NCBI RefSeq assembly: GCF_030681155.1
Contig: NZ_JAUXXE010000042.1
Span: 19,638-83,637 of the forward strand
DNA: 64,000 bases
DNA from: Phenylobacterium sp.
GTDB lineage: Bacteria; Pseudomonadota; Alphaproteobacteria; Caulobacterales; Caulobacteraceae
Reading direction: 5' to 3'
The translations under genes were made by a program, and so were the position numbers. Below, piece after piece: positions 7,355-15,431 of the stretch; the first letter of the stretch is position 1; each line of letters opens with the position of its first letter. The notes under the pieces were generated by a model. The model made no database searches. It saw nothing but the letters and a program-made list of their open reading frames with translations, and was not told the origin of the DNA.

Positions 7355-8899
7355 GTGAGTTCGACGCCGAAAGAGGCCGCGGCCGGCCGTATGAGCGGGC
7401 CTCCTGGGGGCGCTGGTCCCCGCGCGGGAATGCAGGACCTGACGGTCGGGCCGATCGCCAAGACTCTGATTGTCTTCGCCATGCCGGTGCTTGGCTCCAA
7501 CATCCTGCAGTCGCTGAACGGATCGGCGAACGCCATTTGGGTCAGTCACGTGCTGGGCGAGGCGGCCCTGACCGCCACGGTCAACGCCAACAACATCTTC
7601 TTCCTGATGCTGGGCGCCGTGTTCGGCATCAGCATGGCCGCGAACCTGCTCATCTCGCAGTCGGTGGGCGGCAAGGATCTGGCCATGGTCAAGCGGGTGG
7701 TCGGTTCGGCCACCACCTTCTTCCTGGTGCTCTCCCTGGCGGTCGGGGTCGCGGGCTATCTGCTGACCCCGGCGGTGCTGAAGATCATGCAGACCCCGCC
7801 AGACGCGACGCGGGATGCGATCATCTATCTGCGGGTGATCTTCCTCGCGATGCCGTTCATGTACTTCTTCTCGTTCGTCATGATGGCGCAGCGCGGGGCG
7901 GGCGATTCCAAGACGCCCTTCTGGTTCTCGGTTTTCGCGGTCGGCATGGACGTGATCCTGAACCCGCTGCTGATCATCGGGGTCGGGCCGTTCCCGACCC
8001 TGGGCATCGCTGGCTCGGCGGCCGCCACGCTGATCAGCCAGACGGTCACCCTGGCGGCGATGATCGTCTATCTCTACCGCACCGACAGCGTGTTGATCCT
8101 GAAGCGCCACGAATGGCGGATGCTGATCCCGCAGATGGAGATCCTCAAGACCCTGGTGGTGAAGGGTTTCCCGATGGCCCTGCAGATGCTGGTCATCTCC
8201 GGCGCGGCGGTGGTGATGATCCGCTTCGTCAACGCCTATGGCTCGGAGACCGCCGCCGGCTACGGCGCGGCGATCCAGCTGTGGACCTACATCCAGATGC
8301 CAGCCATGGCGCTGGGCGCCGCAGTGTCGTCGATGGCCGCCCAGAACGTTGGCGCGGGCAAGATGGACCGCGTGGGCGCGATCGCCAAGCAAGGGGTGCT
8401 GATCGCCATGGTGATGACCGGCGTGCCGGTGTTGCTGATCTATCTGATCGAGCCGTGGGTGCTGCTCCTGTTCCTTCCGGCCTCCAGCCCTTCGACCCCC
8501 ATCGCCATGCACATCAACGCCTATGTGCTGTGGGGCTTCATTCCGTTCGGCATGGCCTTCGTGCTGAACGGCATCATTCGCGCGACCGGGGCGGTGTGGC
8601 CGCCGCTGATCGGGCTGCTGGTCTCGATGTGGTTCGTGCGGATCCCGTTCGCCCAGTTCCTGGAGCCTTATCTGGGCCAGGACGCCATCTGGTGGAGCTT
8701 CCCGCTGGGTTCGATCATCTCGCTGGTCCTGGCGGCGAGCTATTATCGCTGGGGCGGCTGGCGCAAGGCTACGCTGATGAAGGGCCTGCCGCACGGATCG
8801 GCGGCCGACACCGGCCTTGGCACCCCCATGCTGGCCGAGGAGAGCGAGGCGCTGGACGAGGCGGCTCGCGCTCAACCGGCCAGGGCGCCGGCTCAGTAG
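7355..8899 (+). CDS. MATE family efflux transporter
   Basis: It reads IAKTLIVFAMPVLGSNILQSLNGSANAIWVSHVLGEAALTA, with 12 predicted TM-like segments. The start is GTG with GGGGAG 6 nt upstream. Confidence 0.85.
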   Translation: MSSTPKEAAAGRMSGPPGGAGPRAGMQDLTVGPIAKTLIVFAMPVLGSNILQSLNGSANAIWVSHVLGEAALTATVNANNIFFLMLGAVFGISMAANLLISQSVGGKDLAMVKRVVGSATTFFLVLSLAVGVAGYLLTPAVLKIMQTPPDATRDAIIYLRVIFLAMPFMYFFSFVMMAQRGAGDSKTPFWFSVFAVGMDVILNPLLIIGVGPFPTLGIAGSAAATLISQTVTLAAMIVYLYRTDSVLILKRHEWRMLIPQMEILKTLVVKGFPMALQMLVISGAAVVMIRFVNAYGSETAAGYGAAIQLWTYIQMPAMALGAAVSSMAAQNVGAGKMDRVGAIAKQGVLIAMVMTGVPVLLIYLIEPWVLLLFLPASSPSTPIAMHINAYVLWGFIPFGMAFVLNGIIRATGAVWPPLIGLLVSMWFVRIPFAQFLEPYLGQDAIWWSFPLGSIISLVLAASYYRWGGWRKATLMKGLPHGSAADTGLGTPMLAEESEALDEAARAQPARAPAQ

Positions 8900-8940
8900 G
8901 GCGAGCCCTAGAAAAATCGCGCTGCAACGCTTGGGCGCCG

Positions 8941-8969
8941 TTGCGTCACGCAAACAAGCGTTTGATAAT
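8941..8969 (+). promoter_or_regulatory. Candidate promoter TTGCGT-N17-GATAAT with an embedded CAAAC-AAGC-GTTTG palindrome (possible TetR/PsrA-like operator)
   Basis: TTGCGT lies at 8941-8946 and GATAAT at 8964-8969. A perfect 5+5 inverted repeat with a 4-nt spacer lies at 8951-8964, about 125 nt upstream of the acyl-CoA dehydrogenase start. Confidence 0.3.
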
Positions 8970-9089
8970 GGTGGAGAGGTCGGCGCCCTAAGGGGCTGTC
9001 CGGGCGCGACATTTTTCCAAGGCGGCGCGACCCGCCATACCGCTTTTTTGAAAATCGCCTGCGCGAGGCGGGCATATGGGAGACGCTAG

Positions 9090-10409
9090 ATGGCTTGGGA
9101 TTTCGAAACGGATCCAGAATTCCAGAAGAAACTCGACTGGATTGAGGACTTCATGCGCGAGGAGGTCGAACCCCTCTCGCACCTCGGCATGGCGGTGCAC
9201 GGCCCGCTGGGCCGCGAGAAGTTCATCAAGCCGCTTCAGCAGAAGGTTAAGGATCAGGGGCTTTGGGCCTGCCACCTCGGCCCGGAACTGGGCGGCCAAG
9301 GCTTTGGTCAGCTCAAGCTTGGCCTGATGAACGAGAAGCTGGGCCGCAACGGCCTCGCGCCGACGGTCTTCGGCTGCCAGGCGCCTGACACCGGCAACGC
9401 CGAGATCATCGCCCACTACGGCACCGACAAGCAGAAAGAGCAGTACCTCTGGCCGCTGCTGAACGGCGACATCCGCTCGGCCTTCTCGATGTCCGAACCG
9501 ACCGGTGGCTCCGACCCGCTGACGTTCAAGACCCGCGCGGTCCTGGACGGCAACGAGTGGGTGATCAACGGCGAGAAGTGGTTCTCGACCAACGCCCGCT
9601 ATTCCAAGGTTCTGGTGCTGTACGCGGTCACCGATCCGGACGCCAAGGACCCCTATCGCCGGACCTCGATCTTCCTGGTGCCCACTGACACCCCCGGCGT
9701 CGAGATCGTCCGCAATGTCGGCGTCGGCAGCGGCGAGATCGGCAACGGGAGCGAGGGCTATGTCCGCTACACCAACGTGCGGGTTCCCTATGACGCCCTG
9801 CTCGGCGAGCGCGGCGCGGCCTTCGTCATCGCCCAGGTCCGCCTGGGCGGCGGCCGGGTCCACCACGCCATGCGCACGGTCGGCGCCTGCAAGCACGCGC
9901 TCGACTTGATGTGCCGCCGTGCGGTCTCGCGCACCACGCGTGATGGCAAGCTGGCCGACCTGCAGATGGTGCAGGAGCAGATCGCCGACTCCTGGATCGC
10001 TCTGGAACAGTTCCGCCTGCTGGTGCTGCGCACCGCCTGGCTGATCGACAAGCACAAGGACTACAACCTGGTGCGTAAGGACATCGCGGCCATCAAGGTC
10101 GCCATGCCCAAGGTCTATAACGACATCGCCACCAAGGCCGCCCACCTGCACGGCGCGCTGGGCGTCTCCAACGAAATGCCCTTCATGCATATGGTCACCA
10201 GCTCGCTGGTGATGGGCATCGCCGACGGTCCGACCGAGGTCCACAAGGTCACGGTCGCCAAGCAGGTTCTGAAGGACTACCGGCCCGACAACGACCTCTT
10301 CCCCAGCTACCACATCCCGCGCCTGCGGGAGGCTTCGGAAGAGAAGTACGCCAAGGAGCTCGGTGAGCTGAAGGAAGCCTACAAGGCTCGCGCCAAGACC
10401 GACGCCTAG
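9090..10409 (+). CDS. acyl-CoA dehydrogenase family protein
   Basis: It reads MAWDFETDPEFQKKLDWIEDFMREEV...FSMSEPTGGSDPLTFKT...GEKWFSTNA, with a GGGAGA SD. It is 439 aa. Confidence 0.9.
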   Translation: MAWDFETDPEFQKKLDWIEDFMREEVEPLSHLGMAVHGPLGREKFIKPLQQKVKDQGLWACHLGPELGGQGFGQLKLGLMNEKLGRNGLAPTVFGCQAPDTGNAEIIAHYGTDKQKEQYLWPLLNGDIRSAFSMSEPTGGSDPLTFKTRAVLDGNEWVINGEKWFSTNARYSKVLVLYAVTDPDAKDPYRRTSIFLVPTDTPGVEIVRNVGVGSGEIGNGSEGYVRYTNVRVPYDALLGERGAAFVIAQVRLGGGRVHHAMRTVGACKHALDLMCRRAVSRTTRDGKLADLQMVQEQIADSWIALEQFRLLVLRTAWLIDKHKDYNLVRKDIAAIKVAMPKVYNDIATKAAHLHGALGVSNEMPFMHMVTSSLVMGIADGPTEVHKVTVAKQVLKDYRPDNDLFPSYHIPRLREASEEKYAKELGELKEAYKARAKTDA

Positions 10410-10420
10410 ACAGGTTCGCC

Positions 10421-10450
10421 CCGAGACGCGCCCGGCAGGGTGCGTCTCGG
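10421..10450. terminator. GC-rich hairpin between convergent genes (possible bidirectional terminator)
   Basis: CCGAGACGC (10421-10429) pairs with GCGTCTCGG (10442-10450) around a 12-nt loop. There is no clear U-tract. Confidence 0.35.
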
Positions 10451-10460
10451 AGCAGCTTGG

Positions 10461-10826
10461 CTACAATTCCGGGGGTGGTTGGCTGAAGTCCACAATGGGC
10501 CGAACCTCGACCGTGCCGATCCGGGCCTGTGGGATGCCGGCGGCGACCTGAACCGCTTCATTGAGGTCGCTCGCCTCAATGATGATGAAGCCGCCCAGCA
10601 TCTCCTTGGTCTCCATGAACGGCCCATCGACGGCCGACATCTTCCCGCCCCGCATCCGCACGGTCATGGCTTCGTGGGGCATGGTCAGGGCCTCGCCGGC
10701 CACGAAGTGGCCGCTGGCAGTGAGGACCTCGTCATAGGTCGAGCATTCGGCCAGGACGCTGTTGGCCTCCGGGCCGCCGCCAAAGAGCGTCTCTGGATCG
10801 TAGTAGATGATGCAGGCGTAGCGCAT
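10461..10826 (-). CDS. YciI-family (dimeric alpha/beta barrel) protein
   Basis: The start is ATG 10826-10824 with an AAGGAG SD, giving MRYACIIYYDPETLFGGG...VDGPFMETKEMLGGFIIIEA. The upstream extension to 10880 overlaps the neighbouring gene. Confidence 0.8.
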   Translation of the reverse strand: MRYACIIYYDPETLFGGGPEANSVLAECSTYDEVLTASGHFVAGEALTMPHEAMTVRMRGGKMSAVDGPFMETKEMLGGFIIIEASDLNEAVQVAAGIPQARIGTVEVRPIVDFSQPPPEL

Positions 10827-10840
10827 GAAGGCTCCTTGTC

Positions 10841-11554
10841 TCAGGCGTCGAAAATGGGGGCGAAGCCGCCGTGGACCCAACGCTGGGCGTCATAGGGCGT
10901 GTCGGCCGCGTGCATGCGCGGGTCGGCGAACACCTTCTGCCAGGCCTGGTCGCGGACCGCCTTCGATGGCCATTCGATCCAGCTGAACACGACGGTCTCA
11001 TCGCTCGTCGCTTTCACCGCTTGCTTGAAGTCGGTGACCTTGCCGTCCGGTACATTGTCGCCCCAGCCATCGACGACGCGGGTCGCGCCGTACTCGATCA
11101 GGACGGCCGCCTGAAGGGTGGTCAGGTCGCGATAGGCCTCCTTGTTGGCCTCCGGAACCGCGAGCAAGGAGCCGTCGATATATCCGGCTGGCCCAGCAGC
11201 GCCCGCCTCGATGATCGGGATGAAGCCGCCATAGACCATGCGTCCGCCGTCGAACGGCATATCGGCGCCCATTTCCTCCATACGCGGGTCGCTGATCATT
11301 TGCTGATGGGCGGCCTCGGCCGCCGCCTTGTCGGGATACTCGTGCCAGGCGAACACGATCACCTCGCCGGGCTGAGCCTTCACCGCACCCTTGAAATCGG
11401 TGACCTGGCCGTCGGGCACGTCGTCGCCCCAGGCCTCGACCATCCTGGTCACGCCGAACTCCCGAAACAGCGACGCCGCGTCGGCGGCATGCTTGCGATA
11501 GGCTTCCTTGTTCGCGGCGGGGACTGCGGCGACGAACCCTTGCACATAGGCCAT
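10841..11554 (-). CDS. tandem-duplicated DUF1428 protein
   Basis: There are two internal repeats: residues ~1-117 (VPAANKEAYRKHA...WGDDVPDGQVTDFKGAV...DPRMEEM...YGGF) and ~125-237 (VPEANKEAYRDLT...WGDNVPDGKVTDFKQAV...DPRMHAA...HGGF). Confidence 0.8.
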   Translation of the reverse strand: MAYVQGFVAAVPAANKEAYRKHAADAASLFREFGVTRMVEAWGDDVPDGQVTDFKGAVKAQPGEVIVFAWHEYPDKAAAEAAHQQMISDPRMEEMGADMPFDGGRMVYGGFIPIIEAGAAGPAGYIDGSLLAVPEANKEAYRDLTTLQAAVLIEYGATRVVDGWGDNVPDGKVTDFKQAVKATSDETVVFSWIEWPSKAVRDQAWQKVFADPRMHAADTPYDAQRWVHGGFAPIFDA

Positions 11555-11833
11555 GGCTTCTTTCCTTTCGGCTGTCTTGGCGAGTGTTCCTCGAACCCGC
11601 CTTGAATGCGACTGGTCGTTCGGCGGCGGCCGGATTCGACATCGGCTCGGAATTTTTTTGACCTACAAGCTCGCCGCTTCGATGGCCCTTACGCCCCGGC
11701 CAATTTCGCGATGTCGCGGCTCAATCGGAAACCAAGGGTGTACCGGGCGGGAAGCCTGACGCTAGTGTGCGGGGCTCCGTTTTTGGAAGCTCCTTCTCTG
11801 CATTTTTAGCTGTTTCATTCTCGAGGACATTGC

Positions 11834-13606
11834 GTGACCGACGTGCAGACCCAGACGCCGCCCCCCGCAGCTTCCACCTGGCCGGTGGTGTCGCTGGCTA
11901 AGGCCCATGCGCAATTGACCGCGCCGGGCCAACGCTTTGAGATCGAGGAGAAGGTGATCCGGGGCGTGAACACCCGCACCTGGAAGAACGCGCCGGCCAC
12001 TCTGCGCGACATCTTCCTGAACGGCCGCACGTTCCAGGACCGCGAGTTCCTGGTCTACGAGGACGACCGCGCCACCTTCGAGACCTTCGCTCGCGCGACC
12101 ATCACCCTGGCCCGCCAGCTTCAGGCGGACGGCGTGAAGAAGGGCGACCGCGTCGCCGTCATCATGCGCAACATCCCTGAATGGCCGGTGGCGTTCTGGG
12201 CCGGGATCCTGGCCGGCGCGATCGTCACGCCGCTGAACGCCTGGTGGACCGGGCCGGAGCTGGAATACGGCTTGGCCGATTCCGGGACCAAGATCGCCAT
12301 TGTCGATGACGAGCGGCTGGAGCGGATCACCGCCTCGTTCGACGCCTTGCCGAGCCTGGAAAAGGTCTATGCGCCGCGCCTGGCGGCGGACCCGACCGAC
12401 CCCAAGGTGCGCCGCTTGGAGGACGTGATCGGCAAGGTGAACGACTGGGGCCTACTGGCCGACCAGCCGTTGCCCGACGTGCCGCTGGAACCGGAGGACG
12501 ACGCGACGATCCTCTATACCTCGGGCACTACGGGCAAGCCGAAGGGCGCGCTGGGCACCCATCGCAACATGACCTCGAACATCATGGCCAGCGGCATCTC
12601 GGCGACGCGGAACTTCCTGCGCGCCGGCCAGCCCTTGCCGGAATCCGACCCGCACAAGCTGCCCCAGCGGGTGAACCTGCTGGTGGTGCCGATGTTCCAC
12701 GCCACCGGCCTCAGCGCCAACCTGTCGCCGGCCATGAATTCGGGCGGAAAGATCGTGCTGATGCGCCGCTGGGAGACCGAGCCGGCCATGGCCCTGATCG
12801 AGCGCGAGAAGGTGAATTCCACCGGCGGCGTGCCGACCATCGCCTGGCAGCTGATCGAACACCCGGCCCGCGAGAAATACGACCTCTCCAGCCTGATGTC
12901 GGTGGCCTATGGCGGGGCGCCCTCGGCGCCGGAACTGGTGCGCAAGATCGTCGAGGTGTTCCCGGCGTCCCAGCCCGGCAACGGCTGGGGGATGACCGAG
13001 ACCACCGCCACCTTCACGTCGCACCTGGGCAAGGATTACGAGAACCGCCCCGACAGCGCTGGCCCGGCCGCGCCGGTCGGCGAGATGGAGATCCGCGACC
13101 CGGCCGACGGCAAGACGGTGCTGGCGCCGAACGTCGTCGGCGAGCTGTGGGTCAAGGGGCCGCAGGTCGTGAAGGGCTATTGGAACAAGCCGGAGGCCAC
13201 GGCCGAAACCTTCGTCAACGGCTGGCTGCGCACGGGGGATCTGGCGCGCCTGGACGACGAGGGCTTCCTGTTCATCGTCGACCGGGCCAAGGACATGCTG
13301 ATCCGGGGCGGTGAAAACATCTACTGCGTCGAGGTGGAGAATGTGCTGTACGACCACCCCGACGTGATGGACGCCGCCTTGGTCGGCATCCCGCACAAGA
13401 CGCTGGGCGAGGAACCGGCCGCCGTGGTTCACCTGAAGCCGGGCGGCACGGCCGACGAGGCGGAGCTGAAGGCGTTCGTTCGCGAGCGGCTGGCGGCGTT
13501 CAAGGTTCCGGTGAAGGTCGTCGTCTGGCCTGAAACCCTGCCGCGAAACGCCAACGGCAAGATCGTGAAGACGGAGCTGAAGAAGGTGTTCGAGGGTGAG
13601 GCATGA
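11834..13606 (+). CDS. AMP-dependent synthetase/ligase (acyl-CoA synthetase, class I adenylate-forming)
   Basis: Motifs are ILYTSGTTGKPKGA, GWGMTET, LRTGDLARLDDEGFLFIVDRAKDMLIRGGENI and the terminal NGKIVK. The start is GTG with a GAGGA SD. Confidence 0.9.
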   Translation: MTDVQTQTPPPAASTWPVVSLAKAHAQLTAPGQRFEIEEKVIRGVNTRTWKNAPATLRDIFLNGRTFQDREFLVYEDDRATFETFARATITLARQLQADGVKKGDRVAVIMRNIPEWPVAFWAGILAGAIVTPLNAWWTGPELEYGLADSGTKIAIVDDERLERITASFDALPSLEKVYAPRLAADPTDPKVRRLEDVIGKVNDWGLLADQPLPDVPLEPEDDATILYTSGTTGKPKGALGTHRNMTSNIMASGISATRNFLRAGQPLPESDPHKLPQRVNLLVVPMFHATGLSANLSPAMNSGGKIVLMRRWETEPAMALIEREKVNSTGGVPTIAWQLIEHPAREKYDLSSLMSVAYGGAPSAPELVRKIVEVFPASQPGNGWGMTETTATFTSHLGKDYENRPDSAGPAAPVGEMEIRDPADGKTVLAPNVVGELWVKGPQVVKGYWNKPEATAETFVNGWLRTGDLARLDDEGFLFIVDRAKDMLIRGGENIYCVEVENVLYDHPDVMDAALVGIPHKTLGEEPAAVVHLKPGGTADEAELKAFVRERLAAFKVPVKVVVWPETLPRNANGKIVKTELKKVFEGEA

Positions 13607-14178
13607 CTGTGCGTAAGCCGCTGATCGTCGGCATCGGCGGCACCACCCGTCCCGGGTCGTCCAGCGAGTGCGCGCTGCAGTGCGCCTTGCGGACCGTCGA
13701 AGCCGGGGGCGGGGAGACCCGCCTGCTCGGCGGCGAGTTCCTGTCGCATCTGCCGATCTTCAATCCGGCCAACGCCGACCAGACCGACGAGCAGAAGCTG
13801 CTGGCCGACACCGTGCGCCAGGCGGACGGCGTGATCGTCGCCAGTCCCGGCTATCACGGCTCGATCTCCGGGGTGATCAAGAACGCCCTGGATACGCTCG
13901 AGGTGCTGCGCACCGACGAGCGGCCTTACCTGACCGACCGCGCAGTCGGCTGCATCATCACCGCCGACGGCTGGCAGGCCGCCGGCACCACTTTGACAAC
14001 GCTGCGCTCGATCATACATGCGCTGCGGGGCTGGCCGACGCCGTTCGGCGCAGCCCTCAACTCGACGTCCCCCCTGTTCGACGCCACCGGCGCCTGCAAC
14101 GAGGCCAAGGACGCCTGGCAACTTACCACCGTTGGCGAGCAGGTCCTGGACTTCGCCAAGATGAAGGCCCGTACATGA
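13603..14178 (+). CDS. NADPH-dependent FMN reductase family protein
   Basis: It reads KPLIVGIGGTTRPGSSSE...ADGVIVASPGYHGSISGVIKNALD. Its ATG overlaps the ligase stop (ATGA at 13603-13606). Confidence 0.85.
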   Translation: MTVRKPLIVGIGGTTRPGSSSECALQCALRTVEAGGGETRLLGGEFLSHLPIFNPANADQTDEQKLLADTVRQADGVIVASPGYHGSISGVIKNALDTLEVLRTDERPYLTDRAVGCIITADGWQAAGTTLTTLRSIIHALRGWPTPFGAALNSTSPLFDATGACNEAKDAWQLTTVGEQVLDFAKMKART

Positions 14179-15320
14179 CCGCCCCCCACCACGCGTCCCC
14201 TGCTAACGGCGATGCGCCGCATGAATCGGCGATCTCGCCGATCGAGGACATCATCGAGGACGCCCGCAATGGGCGGCCCTACATCCTGGTCGACGCCGAG
14301 GATCGTGAGAACGAGGGCGATGTCATCATCCCGGCCCAGTTTGCGACGCCCGACCAGATCAACTTCATGGCCAAGCACGCCCGCGGCCTGATCTGCCTGT
14401 CGATCACGGCCGAGCGCGCGCGCGCGCTGCGCCTGCCGCCGATGGCGATCGATAACCAGTCGGGCCACGGCACGGCGTTCACCGTTTCGGTCGAGGCGCG
14501 CGAAGGCGTGACGACCGGCATCTCGGCCCATGACCGCGCCCACACCATCGCTGTGGCCGTCGATCCCACCAAGGGCGCCGACGAGATCGTCTCGCCCGGC
14601 CACGTGTTCCCGCTGGTCGCCAAGGATGGCGGCGTGCTGGTCCGCGCCGGCCACACTGAAGCGGCCGTTGACATCAGCCGCATGGCTGGCCTGAACCCGG
14701 CGGGCGTGATCTGCGAGATTATGAAGGATGACGGGTCGATGGCCCGCCTGCCGGACCTGATCTCGTTCGCCCAGCTTCACGGCCTGAAGATCGGCACCAT
14801 CGCGGACTTGATCGCCTATCGCCGCCGCACCGAGCGCCAGGTCGAGCGGGTGCTGGAGACGCCGTTCGACAGCGCCTATGGCGGCCGCTTCCGGATGCTC
14901 ATCTACCGCAACATCCTCGACAAGACCGAGCATGTGGTCCTGACCAAGGGCAAGATCGACCCCGACAGGCCGACCCTGGTGCGCATGCACCGCGTCGACT
15001 TCGCCGCCGACATGCTGGGCCACAAGGAAAGCCGCCGGGACTATGTGCCCAAGGCGCTGCAGGCCATCGCCGACTATGACGGCGCGGGCGTGGCGGTTTT
15101 CATCCGCGACTCCAACCCGGCCTGGCTGTCGGAGCGTTACGGCGCCGAGCCGGGCGCGGACCATGGGGCGAACGTGCTGCGTGACTACGGCGTCGGCGCC
15201 CAGATCCTCTTGGACCTCGGCGTGCGCGACATGGAACTGCTGTCCAACAGCGCCACCGTCCTGCCCGGTTCCGGAGGCTATGGTCTGCGCATCGTCGGGC
15301 GTCGCCCGCTAGACGTGTAG
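14175..15320 (+). CDS. ribB: 3,4-dihydroxy-2-butanone-4-phosphate synthase with a degenerate GTP-cyclohydrolase-II-like C-domain (RibBX type)
   Basis: The N-domain reads ILVDAEDRENEGDVIIPAQ...GHGTAFTVSVEAREGVTTGISAHDR...VRAGHTEAAVD. The C-domain reads VRMHRVDFAADMLGHKESRRDY and lacks the SECLTGD/RCDCG cysteines. Its ATG at 14175 overlaps the previous stop (ATGA). Confidence 0.85.
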   Translation: MTAPHHASPANGDAPHESAISPIEDIIEDARNGRPYILVDAEDRENEGDVIIPAQFATPDQINFMAKHARGLICLSITAERARALRLPPMAIDNQSGHGTAFTVSVEAREGVTTGISAHDRAHTIAVAVDPTKGADEIVSPGHVFPLVAKDGGVLVRAGHTEAAVDISRMAGLNPAGVICEIMKDDGSMARLPDLISFAQLHGLKIGTIADLIAYRRRTERQVERVLETPFDSAYGGRFRMLIYRNILDKTEHVVLTKGKIDPDRPTLVRMHRVDFAADMLGHKESRRDYVPKALQAIADYDGAGVAVFIRDSNPAWLSERYGAEPGADHGANVLRDYGVGAQILLDLGVRDMELLSNSATVLPGSGGYGLRIVGRRPLDV

Positions 15321-15430
15321 GGGGCTTCCCCTTCCGTCGCGCTGCGCGCTACCTCCCCAGCGGGGGAGGATCTGGTCGCCTTAGATGCTCCCCCGTTGGG
15401 GGAGTTGTCGCCGCAGGTGACTGTGGGGGG
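15321..15430. repeat. REP/BIME-like element, family 1, copy 2 (reverse orientation, GATC ends inward)
   Basis: It contains ...CCTCCCCagcGGGGGAGGATC...GATGCTCCCCCgttgGGGGGAG... It lies in the gap between the ribBX stop (15320) and the methyltransferase stop (15432). Confidence 0.8.
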
Positions 15431-15431
15431 C

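Noticed and set aside
5754-7358. A 534-aa + strand ORF, plus 5956-6792(-) and 6615-7043(-), over the permease gene.
   Set aside because: These are frame-shifted or antisense shadows of the APC permease (5800-7206), with Arg/Pro/Gly-rich junk translations.
7256-8991. Two >560-aa ORFs (7256-8953 minus, 7273-8991 plus) overlapping the MATE transporter.
   Set aside because: Both are off-frame or antisense shadows of 7355-8899. Their products are Arg/Gly/Asp/His-rich with no hydrophobic or domain pattern, whereas the 7355 frame gives a canonical 12-TM MATE protein.
8988-10313. A 441-aa minus-strand ORF opposite the acyl-CoA dehydrogenase. There are similar long antisense ORFs at 12452-13432, 13926-15164, 20816-21673, 23308-24369, 26748-27737, 29921-31219, 33281-34771, 35545-36546, 37920-39140, 46144-47595, 51390-52511 and 56353-57357.
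   Set aside because: Each lies fully inside a gene with strong family motifs on the other strand. None has motifs or a plausible SD. This is expected from stop-codon depletion in GC-rich DNA.
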